Below, piece after piece: positions 45,095 through 54,669 of a stretch of 64,000 nt of DNA. The stretch covers positions 51,966 to 115,965 of the forward strand of contig JBAZYF010000002.1 of NCBI GenBank assembly GCA_041659505.1, read 5' to 3'. Positions within the stretch are counted from its first letter, which is position 1, and each line of letters starts with the position of its first letter. Made by a program: the position numbers and the translations under genes. The DNA is from Parcubacteria group bacterium (GTDB lineage Bacteria; Patescibacteriota; Minisyncoccia; Moranbacterales; UBA2206). Below the pieces are notes generated by a model. The model was not told where the DNA came from, made no database searches, and worked only from the letters and a program-made list of their open reading frames with translations.

Positions 45095-46003
45095 CTAAAT
45101 TTTCAAATATTTTCGAATCGCAAACCAGCTACTGAGCGTTCCCAAAAATGCTCCGACTAAAACTTGCATGCCAAAAATTAGGGCGAAATTAGAATAATAG
45201 AGGGAAAGCATACTGACACTAGGAATGAGATGATTTGTAAAGCCTTGCGCGGATTTGAGCACGACAAAAAGCAAAAGCATCGAAATGACTGAAGCAACAA
45301 AACCATAGATGATACCTTCGAAAATGAACGGCAGGCGGATATAGGTATTGGAAGCACCGACCAAGCGCATCACTTCCACTTCTTTGCGATGAGTGTAAAT
45401 TGTAATCCGCACTGTGTTAGAAATGATCAGGAGCGAGATTAGTGAAAAAAGTCCCGCCACGCCCAGACCAATTTTGCGCACCTCTGCTACAATGGAATTC
45501 AAGCGATCAATTACCTCTTTGTTTTTGCCATAATTGATCCGACTGATATCATCCTTAAAGGAAGCATTTTGCAGATATTGACCAACTAGTTCATATTGAT
45601 TAGGATCATTGGCTTGGATGACTAGATACGAAAGCAAAGGATTGTCCCCAATCTCATCCAAGGACTGCAAAATTGTCGGCTCGTTGGCACTATTTTTCTT
45701 GAAATTTTCCAACGCTTGCTCTTTCGTCACATATTCCACTGATTTAATCTCACTAAAATTTCCCAGATCTTGTTTAGCCTTCAAGATGGAATCTTCCGAA
45801 ACACTAGCCTTAAAAAAAACGCTGACGTTAACCTTCTCCTGCATATTTTCAAGAACATTGTTCGCCGTGAGGACAATAATGAAAAGCGAGCTGACCGTGA
45901 AAAGTGAAAGAAGCATCACACTAACCGCCGCCACACTCAAATAACCATTACGCAAAAAATTGACCCACCCACTTTTGATTGTTCTCCCTAAAGTTAAAAG
46001 CAT
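45095..46003 (-). CDS. ftsX: Cell division permease FtsX
   Basis: NPL motif, SNTVRITIY.HRKEVEVMRLVGA..YIRLPF.FEG, 4 TM; follows ftsE. Confidence 0.93.
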   Translation of the reverse strand: MLLTLGRTIKSGWVNFLRNGYLSVAAVSVMLLSLFTVSSLFIIVLTANNVLENMQEKVNVSVFFKASVSEDSILKAKQDLGNFSEIKSVEYVTKEQALENFKKNSANEPTILQSLDEIGDNPLLSYLVIQANDPNQYELVGQYLQNASFKDDISRINYGKNKEVIDRLNSIVAEVRKIGLGVAGLFSLISLLIISNTVRITIYTHRKEVEVMRLVGASNTYIRLPFIFEGIIYGFVASVISMLLLFVVLKSAQGFTNHLIPSVSMLSLYYSNFALIFGMQVLVGAFLGTLSSWFAIRKYLKI

Positions 46004-46049
46004 AATATTTTTATTATTAATTCTGAATGCGCCAAATACGCAAGCCTTT

Positions 46050-46733
46050 CTAACAAATTTTGTATTTTCCTTTGACATCATCACAAAGAATCTTTCCTCT
46101 TTCCAAGACAATCACTCTCCTGGCCGCTTTATTCACAATATCCCGGTCATGACTGGCTAAAATCACAGTTGTGCCGAGCTTATTAATCTTCAAAAGTAGT
46201 TGCATAATTTCCAAAGAAGACACGGGATCGAGGTTCCCTGTCGGCTCATCAGCGATAATCACAAGCGGCTTGTGTATCAGAGCTCGCGCCATTGCCACCC
46301 GCTGTTGTTCACCGCCGGAAAGCTCATGGGGAAATTTATGTTGGCGATCACCCAAGCCGACAATTTCTAAAATTTGCGGAACATCCTCCAAAATTTCTTC
46401 CTTGGGGATGCCACAAACCTCCAAGGCATAGGCCACGTTTTCAAAAGCAGTTTTTTTGGGCAATAATTTAAAATCTTGAAAAACCGTTCCAATGCTCCGT
46501 CTGTGTGCAGAAATATGCCGCCGGCTGATGCTGTCGAGCGGTTTTTCATTGAAAAAAATTTGCCCGTCCGTCGGAGCCTCTTCGGCATAGATCATCTTCA
46601 AAATGGTTGATTTTCCCGCACCGCTCTGACCAACGATGGAAACAAATTCACCGGGGATAATCTCCAGATTTATGTTATCCAGGGCGATATAGTCATCCTT
46701 ATATATTTTTGAAACCTTATCAAACTTGATCAT
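46050..46733 (-). CDS. ftsE: Cell division ATPase FtsE
   Basis: [34 protein letters not shown]. Confidence 0.94.
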   Translation of the reverse strand: MIKFDKVSKIYKDDYIALDNINLEIIPGEFVSIVGQSGAGKSTILKMIYAEEAPTDGQIFFNEKPLDSISRRHISAHRRSIGTVFQDFKLLPKKTAFENVAYALEVCGIPKEEILEDVPQILEIVGLGDRQHKFPHELSGGEQQRVAMARALIHKPLVIIADEPTGNLDPVSSLEIMQLLLKINKLGTTVILASHDRDIVNKAARRVIVLERGKILCDDVKGKYKIC

Positions 46734-46770
46734 GTTTATTTTTTATTAACTATCTCCAAAACCTCTTTTA

Positions 46771-47863
46771 TTATACACCACCTTTCAAATATTTCAAATA
46801 GCTTTCCATGAACTCTTTCAAATCGCCTGCCAGAACTTCTTCGACTTGCGCCGTTTCCCATTTTGTCCGATGATCTTTGACTAATTTGTAAGGATGGATG
46901 ACGTAGGAACGGATCTGGCTGCCCCACTCGGCACTGGATTGTTCGCCGCGCAATTTTCTTTTTTCCGCCTCGCGCTCTTCTAGATATTTTTTATGCAATT
47001 TGGCTTTCAAAATTCGCATCGCCTGTTCTTTGTTTTGCAATTGACTCCGTTCATTTTGGCAAGATGCCACAGTTCCCGTCGGCAGATGCGTGATGCGCAC
47101 CGCACTGTCGGTTGTGTTCACGCTTTGCCCGCCCGCCCCACTTGAACGATAAACATCCACCCGCAAATCTTCCAGATTAATTTTCACTTCTTTGATTTCT
47201 CCGATAATCGGCAATACTTCCACCACCGAAAAAGAAGTTTGGCGCAGATTGTCAGAATTAAACGGCGAGAGTCGCACCAAACGATGTGTGCCCATCTCGC
47301 TTTTGAGGTAACCGTAGGCATACGCGCCCGTCACTTCCAAGGTTGCACTTTTGATTCCCGCTTCCTGCCCGCGCGTCTCATCAACCAGCTTCATCTTGAA
47401 CTTATTTTTCTCCCCCCATTTGAGGTACATCCGCAAAAGCATCTCCGACCAATCCTGCGCGTCCACTCCGCCTGCACCGGAATAGATGTTGAGAATCGCA
47501 TCATTATGGTCATATTCACCAGAAAGCAGCGTCTTAAACTCAAGCTCATCTATTTTCTTTTCCATTTCAGTTATTTTTTGCTCCAATTCCTTTTCGTCCT
47601 CGGCAGTTTCCGTCATTCCGGAAAATTCCACCAGCTCATCCAACTCTTTTTCCAAAGTTTCAAAATTTTCCACTTCCAGTTTTAATTCTTCTAGCTCTCG
47701 CATCACAACTGATGCCTGCTGATTATCACTCCAAAAATCAACGGCGCGCGTCTGATCCTCCAATTCTAAAATTCTTTGCTTTTTTTGCGCTAAGTCAAAG
47801 ACAGTCCCGAAGGTTCGGGAGTTTAATTTTTAGTTCAGTAATTTTTTTTACTTCGTTTTCCAT
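46771..47863 (-). CDS. prfB: Peptide chain release factor 2 with programmed +1 frameshift
   Basis: SPF and GGQ motifs; upstream MENEVKKITELKIKLPNLRDCL ends at CTT TGA C (47800-47794); the +1 frame continues DLAQKKQRILEL into the long ORF. Confidence 0.95.
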
Positions 47864-47867
47864 AATG

Positions 47868-48611
47868 TTATTCTGCTAACAGTATTGCTAACATTAGCCC
47901 GATTCCGACCAAAAAAGCAAGGACTTGCAGAATGCCTTTTTTCGCTTCATTGTGTTTGTGAAGTTCGGGAATCAGATCGGTTCCGGCGATATAAATAAAT
48001 CCACCTGCGGCAAACGGAACTAAAAAACCTTCTAATCCATCAATCTTCAAATCAAAACTCAGGATCAAGAGCGCGCCTGCCACTGCAGTCAATGCGCTTA
48101 GAAAATTCAAAAATAGGGCTTTTTTACGGGTAAAACCGCCATAAATCAATGACGCAAAATCACCAATTTCCTGCGGAATTTCATGAAAAATAACTGCCAC
48201 GGTTGTCGCGATTCCTACGGGAATACTGACTAAATAGCTCGCGCCGATGACCATTCCATCAACAAAATTATGCAGCGAATCACCCACAAGGATGATGTAG
48301 GAAAAAGGGTGTGGATGATCCGCGCAAGGTTCTTCATGGCAATGACGCCAATGAATCACCTTTTCCATGACAAAAAAAACCAAAATACCAAAAAGAATAA
48401 AGAGCGAAACTAGAACACTATTTTCAGAACCTTCATAAGCTTCAGGAATAAGATGAATAAACGCGTCACCCATTAAGGTCCCGGCCGAAAGGCTGACGAG
48501 ATAAATCAGATATTTATATAATTTTTTATGATCGATTGACAGCGTGAAAACGCCGATGAGTGAAATCAGACTGACGATAAAAACTGAAATTAAAGTATAA
48601 ATCCAAACCAT
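47868..48611 (-). CDS. ZIP family metal transporter
   Basis: HLIPEA, HWRHCH, LHNFVDG, HEIPQEIGDF. Confidence 0.92.
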   Translation of the reverse strand: MVWIYTLISVFIVSLISLIGVFTLSIDHKKLYKYLIYLVSLSAGTLMGDAFIHLIPEAYEGSENSVLVSLFILFGILVFFVMEKVIHWRHCHEEPCADHPHPFSYIILVGDSLHNFVDGMVIGASYLVSIPVGIATTVAVIFHEIPQEIGDFASLIYGGFTRKKALFLNFLSALTAVAGALLILSFDLKIDGLEGFLVPFAAGGFIYIAGTDLIPELHKHNEAKKGILQVLAFLVGIGLMLAILLAE

Positions 48612-48614
48612 AAC

Positions 48615-48731
48615 AAAATCAAAATTTAAAAATCAAAAATCAAAATGACAATTCAAAATACAAAATTAAATAATTTTATTCATTTTAAATTTTTATCTGT
48701 CATTTTTCATTTTGAGATTTGCATTTTTCAT
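48615..48731. repeat. Imperfect inverted repeat of AT-rich short tandem units
   Basis: CAAAAAT/CAAAATGAC units mirrored by GTCATTTT/ATTTTG units. Confidence 0.6.
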
Positions 48732-48743
48732 TATTCTATTTTT

Positions 48744-49262
48744 TTAAACAAAATTCTTAATCAATTCTATATGTCCCATCTCCGCCTGCATGATTGCTCC
48801 AAAAAATTTCCTAATATTAACCTCCTGAGCTTCTCCGGCAAATTTTTTATATAGCTCAACAGCGTGATCTTCCAACTCAATTGTTTTTTTAAAATTCTCG
48901 ACGTCTTCGCTGGAACATTCTTCCGGTTTAATTTCCGGCATCGCCATTTTCAAAAGTTTGGTCACGATAATCGCGTGTTCCAATTCCACTTTCGCCAAGC
49001 GTTTATACATCTTGATGATCGGATAATCTTTGGCTTGACCGGCCATGCACAGATAGATTGCATTGGCCCGCGTTTCCAGCGCCAATGTTTCCAAAAGATT
49101 CTTTTTGGAAAGCTCACTGATTTCCGCTTGCACTTCAGCCACAGGCTCGGCCTCATTGCCCGATTTAATAAAATGCCCCTTCGCCCCACAAAACGGACAA
49201 TCACTCGGCTTTTCAACACCGATATAAGCATCCCCGCAAATTTCACAGATGTATAATTTCAT
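48744..49262 (-). CDS. Rubredoxin plus ferritin-like (reverse rubrerythrin-type) protein
   Basis: CEICG...CPFCG, then ExxH motifs (ELEH, EMGH). Confidence 0.85.
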   Translation of the reverse strand: MKLYICEICGDAYIGVEKPSDCPFCGAKGHFIKSGNEAEPVAEVQAEISELSKKNLLETLALETRANAIYLCMAGQAKDYPIIKMYKRLAKVELEHAIIVTKLLKMAMPEIKPEECSSEDVENFKKTIELEDHAVELYKKFAGEAQEVNIRKFFGAIMQAEMGHIELIKNFV

Positions 49263-49279
49263 ATGGTTTTTAAAAAAAA

Positions 49280-50950
49280 TTAATTATTCCAACTCCAATT
49301 ATAGCTAGGAACTTCGTCTGTAGATGGAAAATATTTATCGACCAAATTTTGTGCGATGGAAACAAACCGCCGTTGAGTTTTATCTTTATTTTTTATTCCC
49401 TTAGCAACTTCATTTTCGGCAAAGCCCATATTTGATTTTTCGCTTCTTTTTGAAATTTTATTTTTCAGCTTCCAGTCAACTAATGCTTTTGTTGGATCTC
49501 CACCCGCATAATACACAATATGTTTTGGCTTAGATTCTGGATGTTGTTGAAAATAATTTTCCCAATATTCAGAAGAAGGTATAGTGTTTTCTGCGAGTCG
49601 ATAGGGATTCAATTCATTTTCTTGAAAGTGTTTCGTTAAAATTTTTTCATATTCTTTCTTTTCATTTTTTGCACCCCATATATTAACCAATTTTTTGCGC
49701 AATTCTTTATCCGCCAAACATTTAGCCGAATCTGTGTTTTTAATTCCATAATCCCTAAACACTTCCTTAATTTTTTCAATTTGTTCCGCTGAATCAAGGC
49801 CATCTGCCTCTTCCGCTTTTCTAACTAAATCTTGAACAAAACCTGGTTTTTCACCAAATCTTGCCAATAATATTTCTTTGATTCCTTCTGACAGCTGAAT
49901 TTCTTTGTTTTGATCTAAATAATACTTTGATCCACTTTCTGCGTCAACCTTTGCATCTTGAGGAATAAACGCGAAACCCGCGTCAAGCGGTAATCCCTTT
50001 TCAATATCCGGCCAAATAAATTGGTCATTATTGCTACTGGTTGATGATAAATTTCCAGAAAATTCATACTGAGAAGCAATCATAGCCGAAGGAAAAGCAA
50101 AAAAAATCTCATTTCCGCTTTCAGAGCCATAAAAACTATCCGCCACTTCTTCGGTAGCAAGATGAATTGCACTTGAATCGGCAAAAGCATGTGGATCTCC
50201 TGTCACTGCCGCGTCAAGATGAACATGTATTCTACCTAATGCAGCATTACGATTCGGACAATCATCAAATTTCAAAAAATTAGCAATAGCCTGCTCCTTA
50301 GTGTTTTCTTGAAGAGCAATGCCAACCGCCGATCTAAGTTCTTTTTTTGCCAATACCACATTCAGCGTGTCACTATGTTCTCCAAGACCTTTTTGATGAT
50401 TACCAAGATTCGCATGATCTCTTACTCCGTGTCTAGTCACATGCGTCAACATCTCACCAGGAAACCGCTGAAGAAGTGTCACATAATCCTCCATTGAAAG
50501 TGAAGACAAATGATCTTCTGTAAAATTTTGAGCAATATCTTCCCTGGAATATGGCATTTCCGCCCATTTCTTTTTTTCTTTAGCATAAAAATCAGCAACC
50601 ATCAGTCTCGTTTCTTCAAGATCCTGCCTACCAGGCATCACTTCTGCGAGCTCATCTTCGATTTGGGATTGTTTGCCAAGTTGCGCATTCAATTCTCCTT
50701 TAATTTTTTTGATTGCAAAAAAATCTTTTATTTTTATAAAAAACGACGCACTATTATGATCTTCAACTTGATCGCGTAAGACTTCCAATTGTTTAACGAT
50801 TTCGCTTTTTTCTTGCTCTTTCTTTTCAACAGCATCCTTATCTTCAAAGTGCTTTTTTCTTTTTTCGCGAATTTCTTGAGCAAGTTGACTTCGTTCTTCC
50901 GGAGATTCCTTTTTCGAAAAATCTCTGATAAATCTTGGTTGTTCATTCAT
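49280..50950 (-). CDS. Hypothetical protein with N-terminal coiled coil and possible ART-like domain
   Basis: 556-aa ORF; LTHVT...VL.KKELRS...IHLA...FYG...IFFAFP. Confidence 0.75.
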   Translation of the reverse strand: MNEQPRFIRDFSKKESPEERSQLAQEIREKRKKHFEDKDAVEKKEQEKSEIVKQLEVLRDQVEDHNSASFFIKIKDFFAIKKIKGELNAQLGKQSQIEDELAEVMPGRQDLEETRLMVADFYAKEKKKWAEMPYSREDIAQNFTEDHLSSLSMEDYVTLLQRFPGEMLTHVTRHGVRDHANLGNHQKGLGEHSDTLNVVLAKKELRSAVGIALQENTKEQAIANFLKFDDCPNRNAALGRIHVHLDAAVTGDPHAFADSSAIHLATEEVADSFYGSESGNEIFFAFPSAMIASQYEFSGNLSSTSSNNDQFIWPDIEKGLPLDAGFAFIPQDAKVDAESGSKYYLDQNKEIQLSEGIKEILLARFGEKPGFVQDLVRKAEEADGLDSAEQIEKIKEVFRDYGIKNTDSAKCLADKELRKKLVNIWGAKNEKKEYEKILTKHFQENELNPYRLAENTIPSSEYWENYFQQHPESKPKHIVYYAGGDPTKALVDWKLKNKISKRSEKSNMGFAENEVAKGIKNKDKTQRRFVSIAQNLVDKYFPSTDEVPSYNWSWNN

Positions 50951-51015
50951 ATTTTTTTCGTATCAGTTGAATTATTTCCAATTTTATTCTACTATATATT
51001 AGTACTGCCAAAAAA

Positions 51016-51091
51016 GCCATCTTAGCTCAGTTGGTAGAGCGACGGTATCGTAAACCGTAGGTCATCAGTTCGATCCTGATAGATGGCTCCA
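51016..51091 (+). tRNA. tRNA-Thr(CGT)
   Basis: GCCATCT/AGATGGC stem, loop ATCGTAA, encoded CCA. Confidence 0.94.
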
Positions 51092-51101
51092 AATAAACCT
51101 T

Positions 51102-53228
51102 TTATTCCGGCATCGTCGCGTTAAGCACAACATCCACCCGCTTTTCATTGAGCGGTATTTTGTTCACAAAAACCGGTGGCCAATATTCCACTTCGGCTTT
51201 TTCAATATTGGAATAAGTTTTCAGATAGTCGGCCAGTTCCTCGCTATTTTTTCCCAAAAGACCTTTTTTTAGATTTGCCAGATCAAGATTCGGTTGCATC
51301 ACGTTTGAAGCATGCATCTTAATCTCAATAGTTTCCGCCTTAAAATCGGGAACCGCTTTCCCATAATCAATAATCACCGACCCAGCATCGATATTAATCT
51401 TTCCATTGCCCGATTTAGAGATTGCAGAATTAGCAATTTTTTTAGCATCACTTTCAAAAAAAACCAACGCACGTACGTGTGCAGAGACCTTAATCTCAAA
51501 ACTATTAGTCGTCTCCCCTTCTGAATTAGACAAGCGATACACTGGCTCCTCGATCGCGATTGCATCATCCAAAATTATCGTACCAGAATCAGCAGAATCC
51601 TTCACTTTTTGCTTGACCGTGCTATTTATTTCCAAAGAAAGCTTATCTTTAGCATCACTGATATCCTTTGCTGTTACGACAGTAACTTCTTCATTTCCAT
51701 CCCCGCCACCTGACATAGCAACGGAAGATTTAGCATAAATCTTGGCGTACTTATCATTTTCGCTGTTTTTAAACCCGGGGATGGAAAAAGTTGTTGCGCC
51801 AATATTATATCCACTCCCCGCCTCGTCGGCTACAACTTCCGCCTCAACTACGCCCGGCTTAACTTCTCCGCTGACGCTGGTTGTTCCGGGAATGGTCACG
51901 CCTTGCACCAAGCGAAACACTTTTTGGTCATCCGTCATAAAGCGAGTCGTAGCCACCAATGGCTGAGGTGAAGAACTGAATTCATTATAAATCGTAATTT
52001 TTCCTTTGGCTTTTTGATTAGAGGCGTTTTTCTTGCCGGTCGCATTGAACGTTTTTGCCACTTCCTCATCGAACTCCAAAAGCTTTGCCGGAATCTCTGA
52101 TTTTTCATAATCAATGCCTTCGCTATTCACATTTCCCAAAAGCTCCATATCAACCGATTTGACTTCTTTTTTGGCTGAAATGGTAATGGTCGCCTTAGGA
52201 ACATACAAATAGGCCACATAAAGCAACCCAGCAGAAAAAGCGATCGCGCCCAAAATTGCCAGCACTCTAAGAAATTTACTGCCTCCACTACCTTTTTGCC
52301 CGCCGGCTTTTTCTGAATAATCCGTTTTATTTTTATCGGAAAAACTATTGGCATAAAAAAACTTTTCCAACTGCTGGTCTCGCGGATCGGTCTTTTTTCC
52401 CGGCGTGGAATTGTCCGGTTCATCTTGAAGATAATTCGGTCTGGTTTTGCTATAGGGAATTGGAAAATCATCCGTTGCTTCCGGTGGAGGCGTCGAAACA
52501 GTCTTTCTCGACATAGGGCGAATTGCACTATTTTGCACACCAAAAGCACCCAGTTCGCCAGCGACCGCCACACGAGTATTTGTCCGCAATGCCACTCTTT
52601 TGGGCACAGCAACAGGACGCGTAGCAACCGAAACGTCCATAGAAGAAATTCTTCCTTTATTGGGAAATCCATCTTCTTGACTATCCGATGCTCGATCAAA
52701 CTCATTTTTTTTATTACTAATTGAATCGCTTGTCAGCACAGGCCTTTCTCCTTTTATTTCTTCCAGCTCCTTCCAGTCATTTTCGCGACTAGTAAAGTTA
52801 TCTGTCTCATTATTGGATACGAAAAAATCCGCCGAACCGATTTTTTCCAATCTTCTTTTATTATACTCATCGGGATTTTCCAATTCAGCTGTTTCAATTT
52901 CTTTTTTCAACTCTCCTTTTTTTGGTTGAAATTTCCGGTTATCCATAGAATCAACAGCCACTTCTTCATAATCATCTTCTACTTTTTGTTGGATAGAAAT
53001 CCCCGCCTTTTGGATCAAAAGCTTTCCAAGTTTATCTTGAGTGACGATGCTTACCTTCAAACCAAGATTATCCGCCTCCTTACGCAAGAGTTTCAAGTTA
53101 ACGATGCTTTGGATCAGCAAGGCTCTTTTTGGTACGACAAGTACCGCTTCCGGCGCCTCGGCCTTTCTGAGCTTTTCCACGATCGAAGTTATTTCTTCAT
53201 CGATGTCGATATAAAATGTCTGATGCAT
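51102..53228 (-). CDS. Bitopic membrane protein with extracytoplasmic baseplate-J-like domain
   Basis: N-terminal 'YIDIDEEITS...VPKRA' domain, disordered linker, TM, then KAKGKITIYN..TRF, V.ADEAG..YNI, MSGG. Confidence 0.75.
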   Translation of the reverse strand: MHQTFYIDIDEEITSIVEKLRKAEAPEAVLVVPKRALLIQSIVNLKLLRKEADNLGLKVSIVTQDKLGKLLIQKAGISIQQKVEDDYEEVAVDSMDNRKFQPKKGELKKEIETAELENPDEYNKRRLEKIGSADFFVSNNETDNFTSRENDWKELEEIKGERPVLTSDSISNKKNEFDRASDSQEDGFPNKGRISSMDVSVATRPVAVPKRVALRTNTRVAVAGELGAFGVQNSAIRPMSRKTVSTPPPEATDDFPIPYSKTRPNYLQDEPDNSTPGKKTDPRDQQLEKFFYANSFSDKNKTDYSEKAGGQKGSGGSKFLRVLAILGAIAFSAGLLYVAYLYVPKATITISAKKEVKSVDMELLGNVNSEGIDYEKSEIPAKLLEFDEEVAKTFNATGKKNASNQKAKGKITIYNEFSSSPQPLVATTRFMTDDQKVFRLVQGVTIPGTTSVSGEVKPGVVEAEVVADEAGSGYNIGATTFSIPGFKNSENDKYAKIYAKSSVAMSGGGDGNEEVTVVTAKDISDAKDKLSLEINSTVKQKVKDSADSGTIILDDAIAIEEPVYRLSNSEGETTNSFEIKVSAHVRALVFFESDAKKIANSAISKSGNGKINIDAGSVIIDYGKAVPDFKAETIEIKMHASNVMQPNLDLANLKKGLLGKNSEELADYLKTYSNIEKAEVEYWPPVFVNKIPLNEKRVDVVLNATMPE

Positions 53229-53236
53229 ATATGTCT

Positions 53237-53319
53237 GAACCACTGATTAGCACATGAACGCACTGATTTCACAGATTAAATCATGTGTAATCAGAGTAAT
53301 CAGTGTTAATCTGTGGTTC
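53237..53319. repeat. Imperfect palindrome built from CAC(A/T)GATT units
   Basis: GAACCACTGATT...CACTGATTTCACAGATT...AATCAGAGTAATCAGTGTTAATCTGTGGTTC. Confidence 0.65.
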
Positions 53320-53323
53320 TGAA

Positions 53324-54592
53324 TTATTTTTGAATCATTTTCACTGCTCTTCTTAATATCCCTGCCAGCACTTTTTCCTCCCCGACGATTTCCAAAACGA
53401 GATTGGCCAACCCCATTGGGGTAATGTCTTGCGGATCGCGAAGCATCCTGGTTTCATCGAAAATATTCACCACATCTTTGGGTTGCAAAAAACTGATCGT
53501 TGGCTCTTTGGCAAAAGGCAAAGTCTTGGTCCAGCGAGAAGTCAGAAGCGCTTTTTTGATTCCCGGCAATCCCGAACCACCACCGCAAAGGAATACCCGA
53601 TTTGGTAACATATCATTATCAGAAAATTCAGAGAGTGACAATTCCACTCCAGACAGCCAAACATTGCAATCATCAACAAACATCTTTTCAATTTTTTCAG
53701 AAACATCATCCCCCAACTTTCCTTCCGCATAACGAATTTTGAACGCTTCCGCCTCTTCAAACCCGACGCCCAGTTCCACCGCCAATCTTTTGGTAAAAGC
53801 CCGTCCACCCAAAGCAAACATTTTCGTGCCTTCCAGTCCACCATTGCGCACCAGCGCGATATCGGTCGTTCCTCCCCCAATATCAACAAAAATCGCACTG
53901 AAATCAACCACATCATCCACGCCCATCGATTTGGCTACGGCATATGGCTCGGCAGCGATAGAAAGCAGATCAAGCTTTAGAGCATCCGCAATCGACTGCA
54001 ATGCGCCCAAATGTACCATTGGCGCGTATGCATTAAAAACAGAGATGGAAACATCCTTGCCTTGAAAGCCCAAAGGATTGGTGATTTTATAGCCATCAAT
54101 CCGCACATCGACAATCGCCGCATTGATCAATTTTACTTCAATTTCACTGTGACCGGTTTCCCAAGCCAACTGCTGACGGATACGATCAAAAGCTTTCCAC
54201 TGGACTTTTTGAATGATATTTTTCAGTTCCGGAAAATCGATTCGCATTTCCGGCTTAATTCGCTCATAGTGCACGGTCGTTGTCGTTCCTTTCACTAGTT
54301 CTCCGGCAATCCCCACGATCGCTTTTTCCACTTTTTTGATCCCGGCCATTTTCACCGCCAAATCAATCGCGCGCTGACAATTCTCAATCACGCCGGAAAT
54401 ATCCGAGACAGCGCCACTATGCATATCCTTCAGTCCTTGTCGCGCCCGCCCAACGCCTTTCACGATTCCTGTGCTATTCTCAGAGTCCACTTTGAACACA
54501 AGCGCCTTGACCACTTCGGTACCAATATCAAGCGAAAGATAATAATCTGATGAAGATTTTCCAGTACTAAAAATTTTAGAAAAGATTCCCAT
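53324..54592 (-). CDS. ftsA: FtsA-like actin-fold ATPase
   Basis: LDIGTEVVK, AEPYA, VDIGGGTTD, AEAFKIRY, LCGGGSGL. Confidence 0.8.
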   Translation of the reverse strand: MGIFSKIFSTGKSSSDYYLSLDIGTEVVKALVFKVDSENSTGIVKGVGRARQGLKDMHSGAVSDISGVIENCQRAIDLAVKMAGIKKVEKAIVGIAGELVKGTTTTVHYERIKPEMRIDFPELKNIIQKVQWKAFDRIRQQLAWETGHSEIEVKLINAAIVDVRIDGYKITNPLGFQGKDVSISVFNAYAPMVHLGALQSIADALKLDLLSIAAEPYAVAKSMGVDDVVDFSAIFVDIGGGTTDIALVRNGGLEGTKMFALGGRAFTKRLAVELGVGFEEAEAFKIRYAEGKLGDDVSEKIEKMFVDDCNVWLSGVELSLSEFSDNDMLPNRVFLCGGGSGLPGIKKALLTSRWTKTLPFAKEPTISFLQPKDVVNIFDETRMLRDPQDITPMGLANLVLEIVGEEKVLAGILRRAVKMIQK

Positions 54593-54669
54593 TGAAAAAA
54601 ATATTTTTACTTTAACTCCAATGGTTTAATTATAAAACAAAAGCTGATTTATTACAAATACGGAATTTA

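Noticed and set aside
44860-45160. Short ORFs between the kinase gene and ftsX
   Set aside because: They are translations of MITE and palindrome sequence (e.g. PAYRQAG), not credible genes
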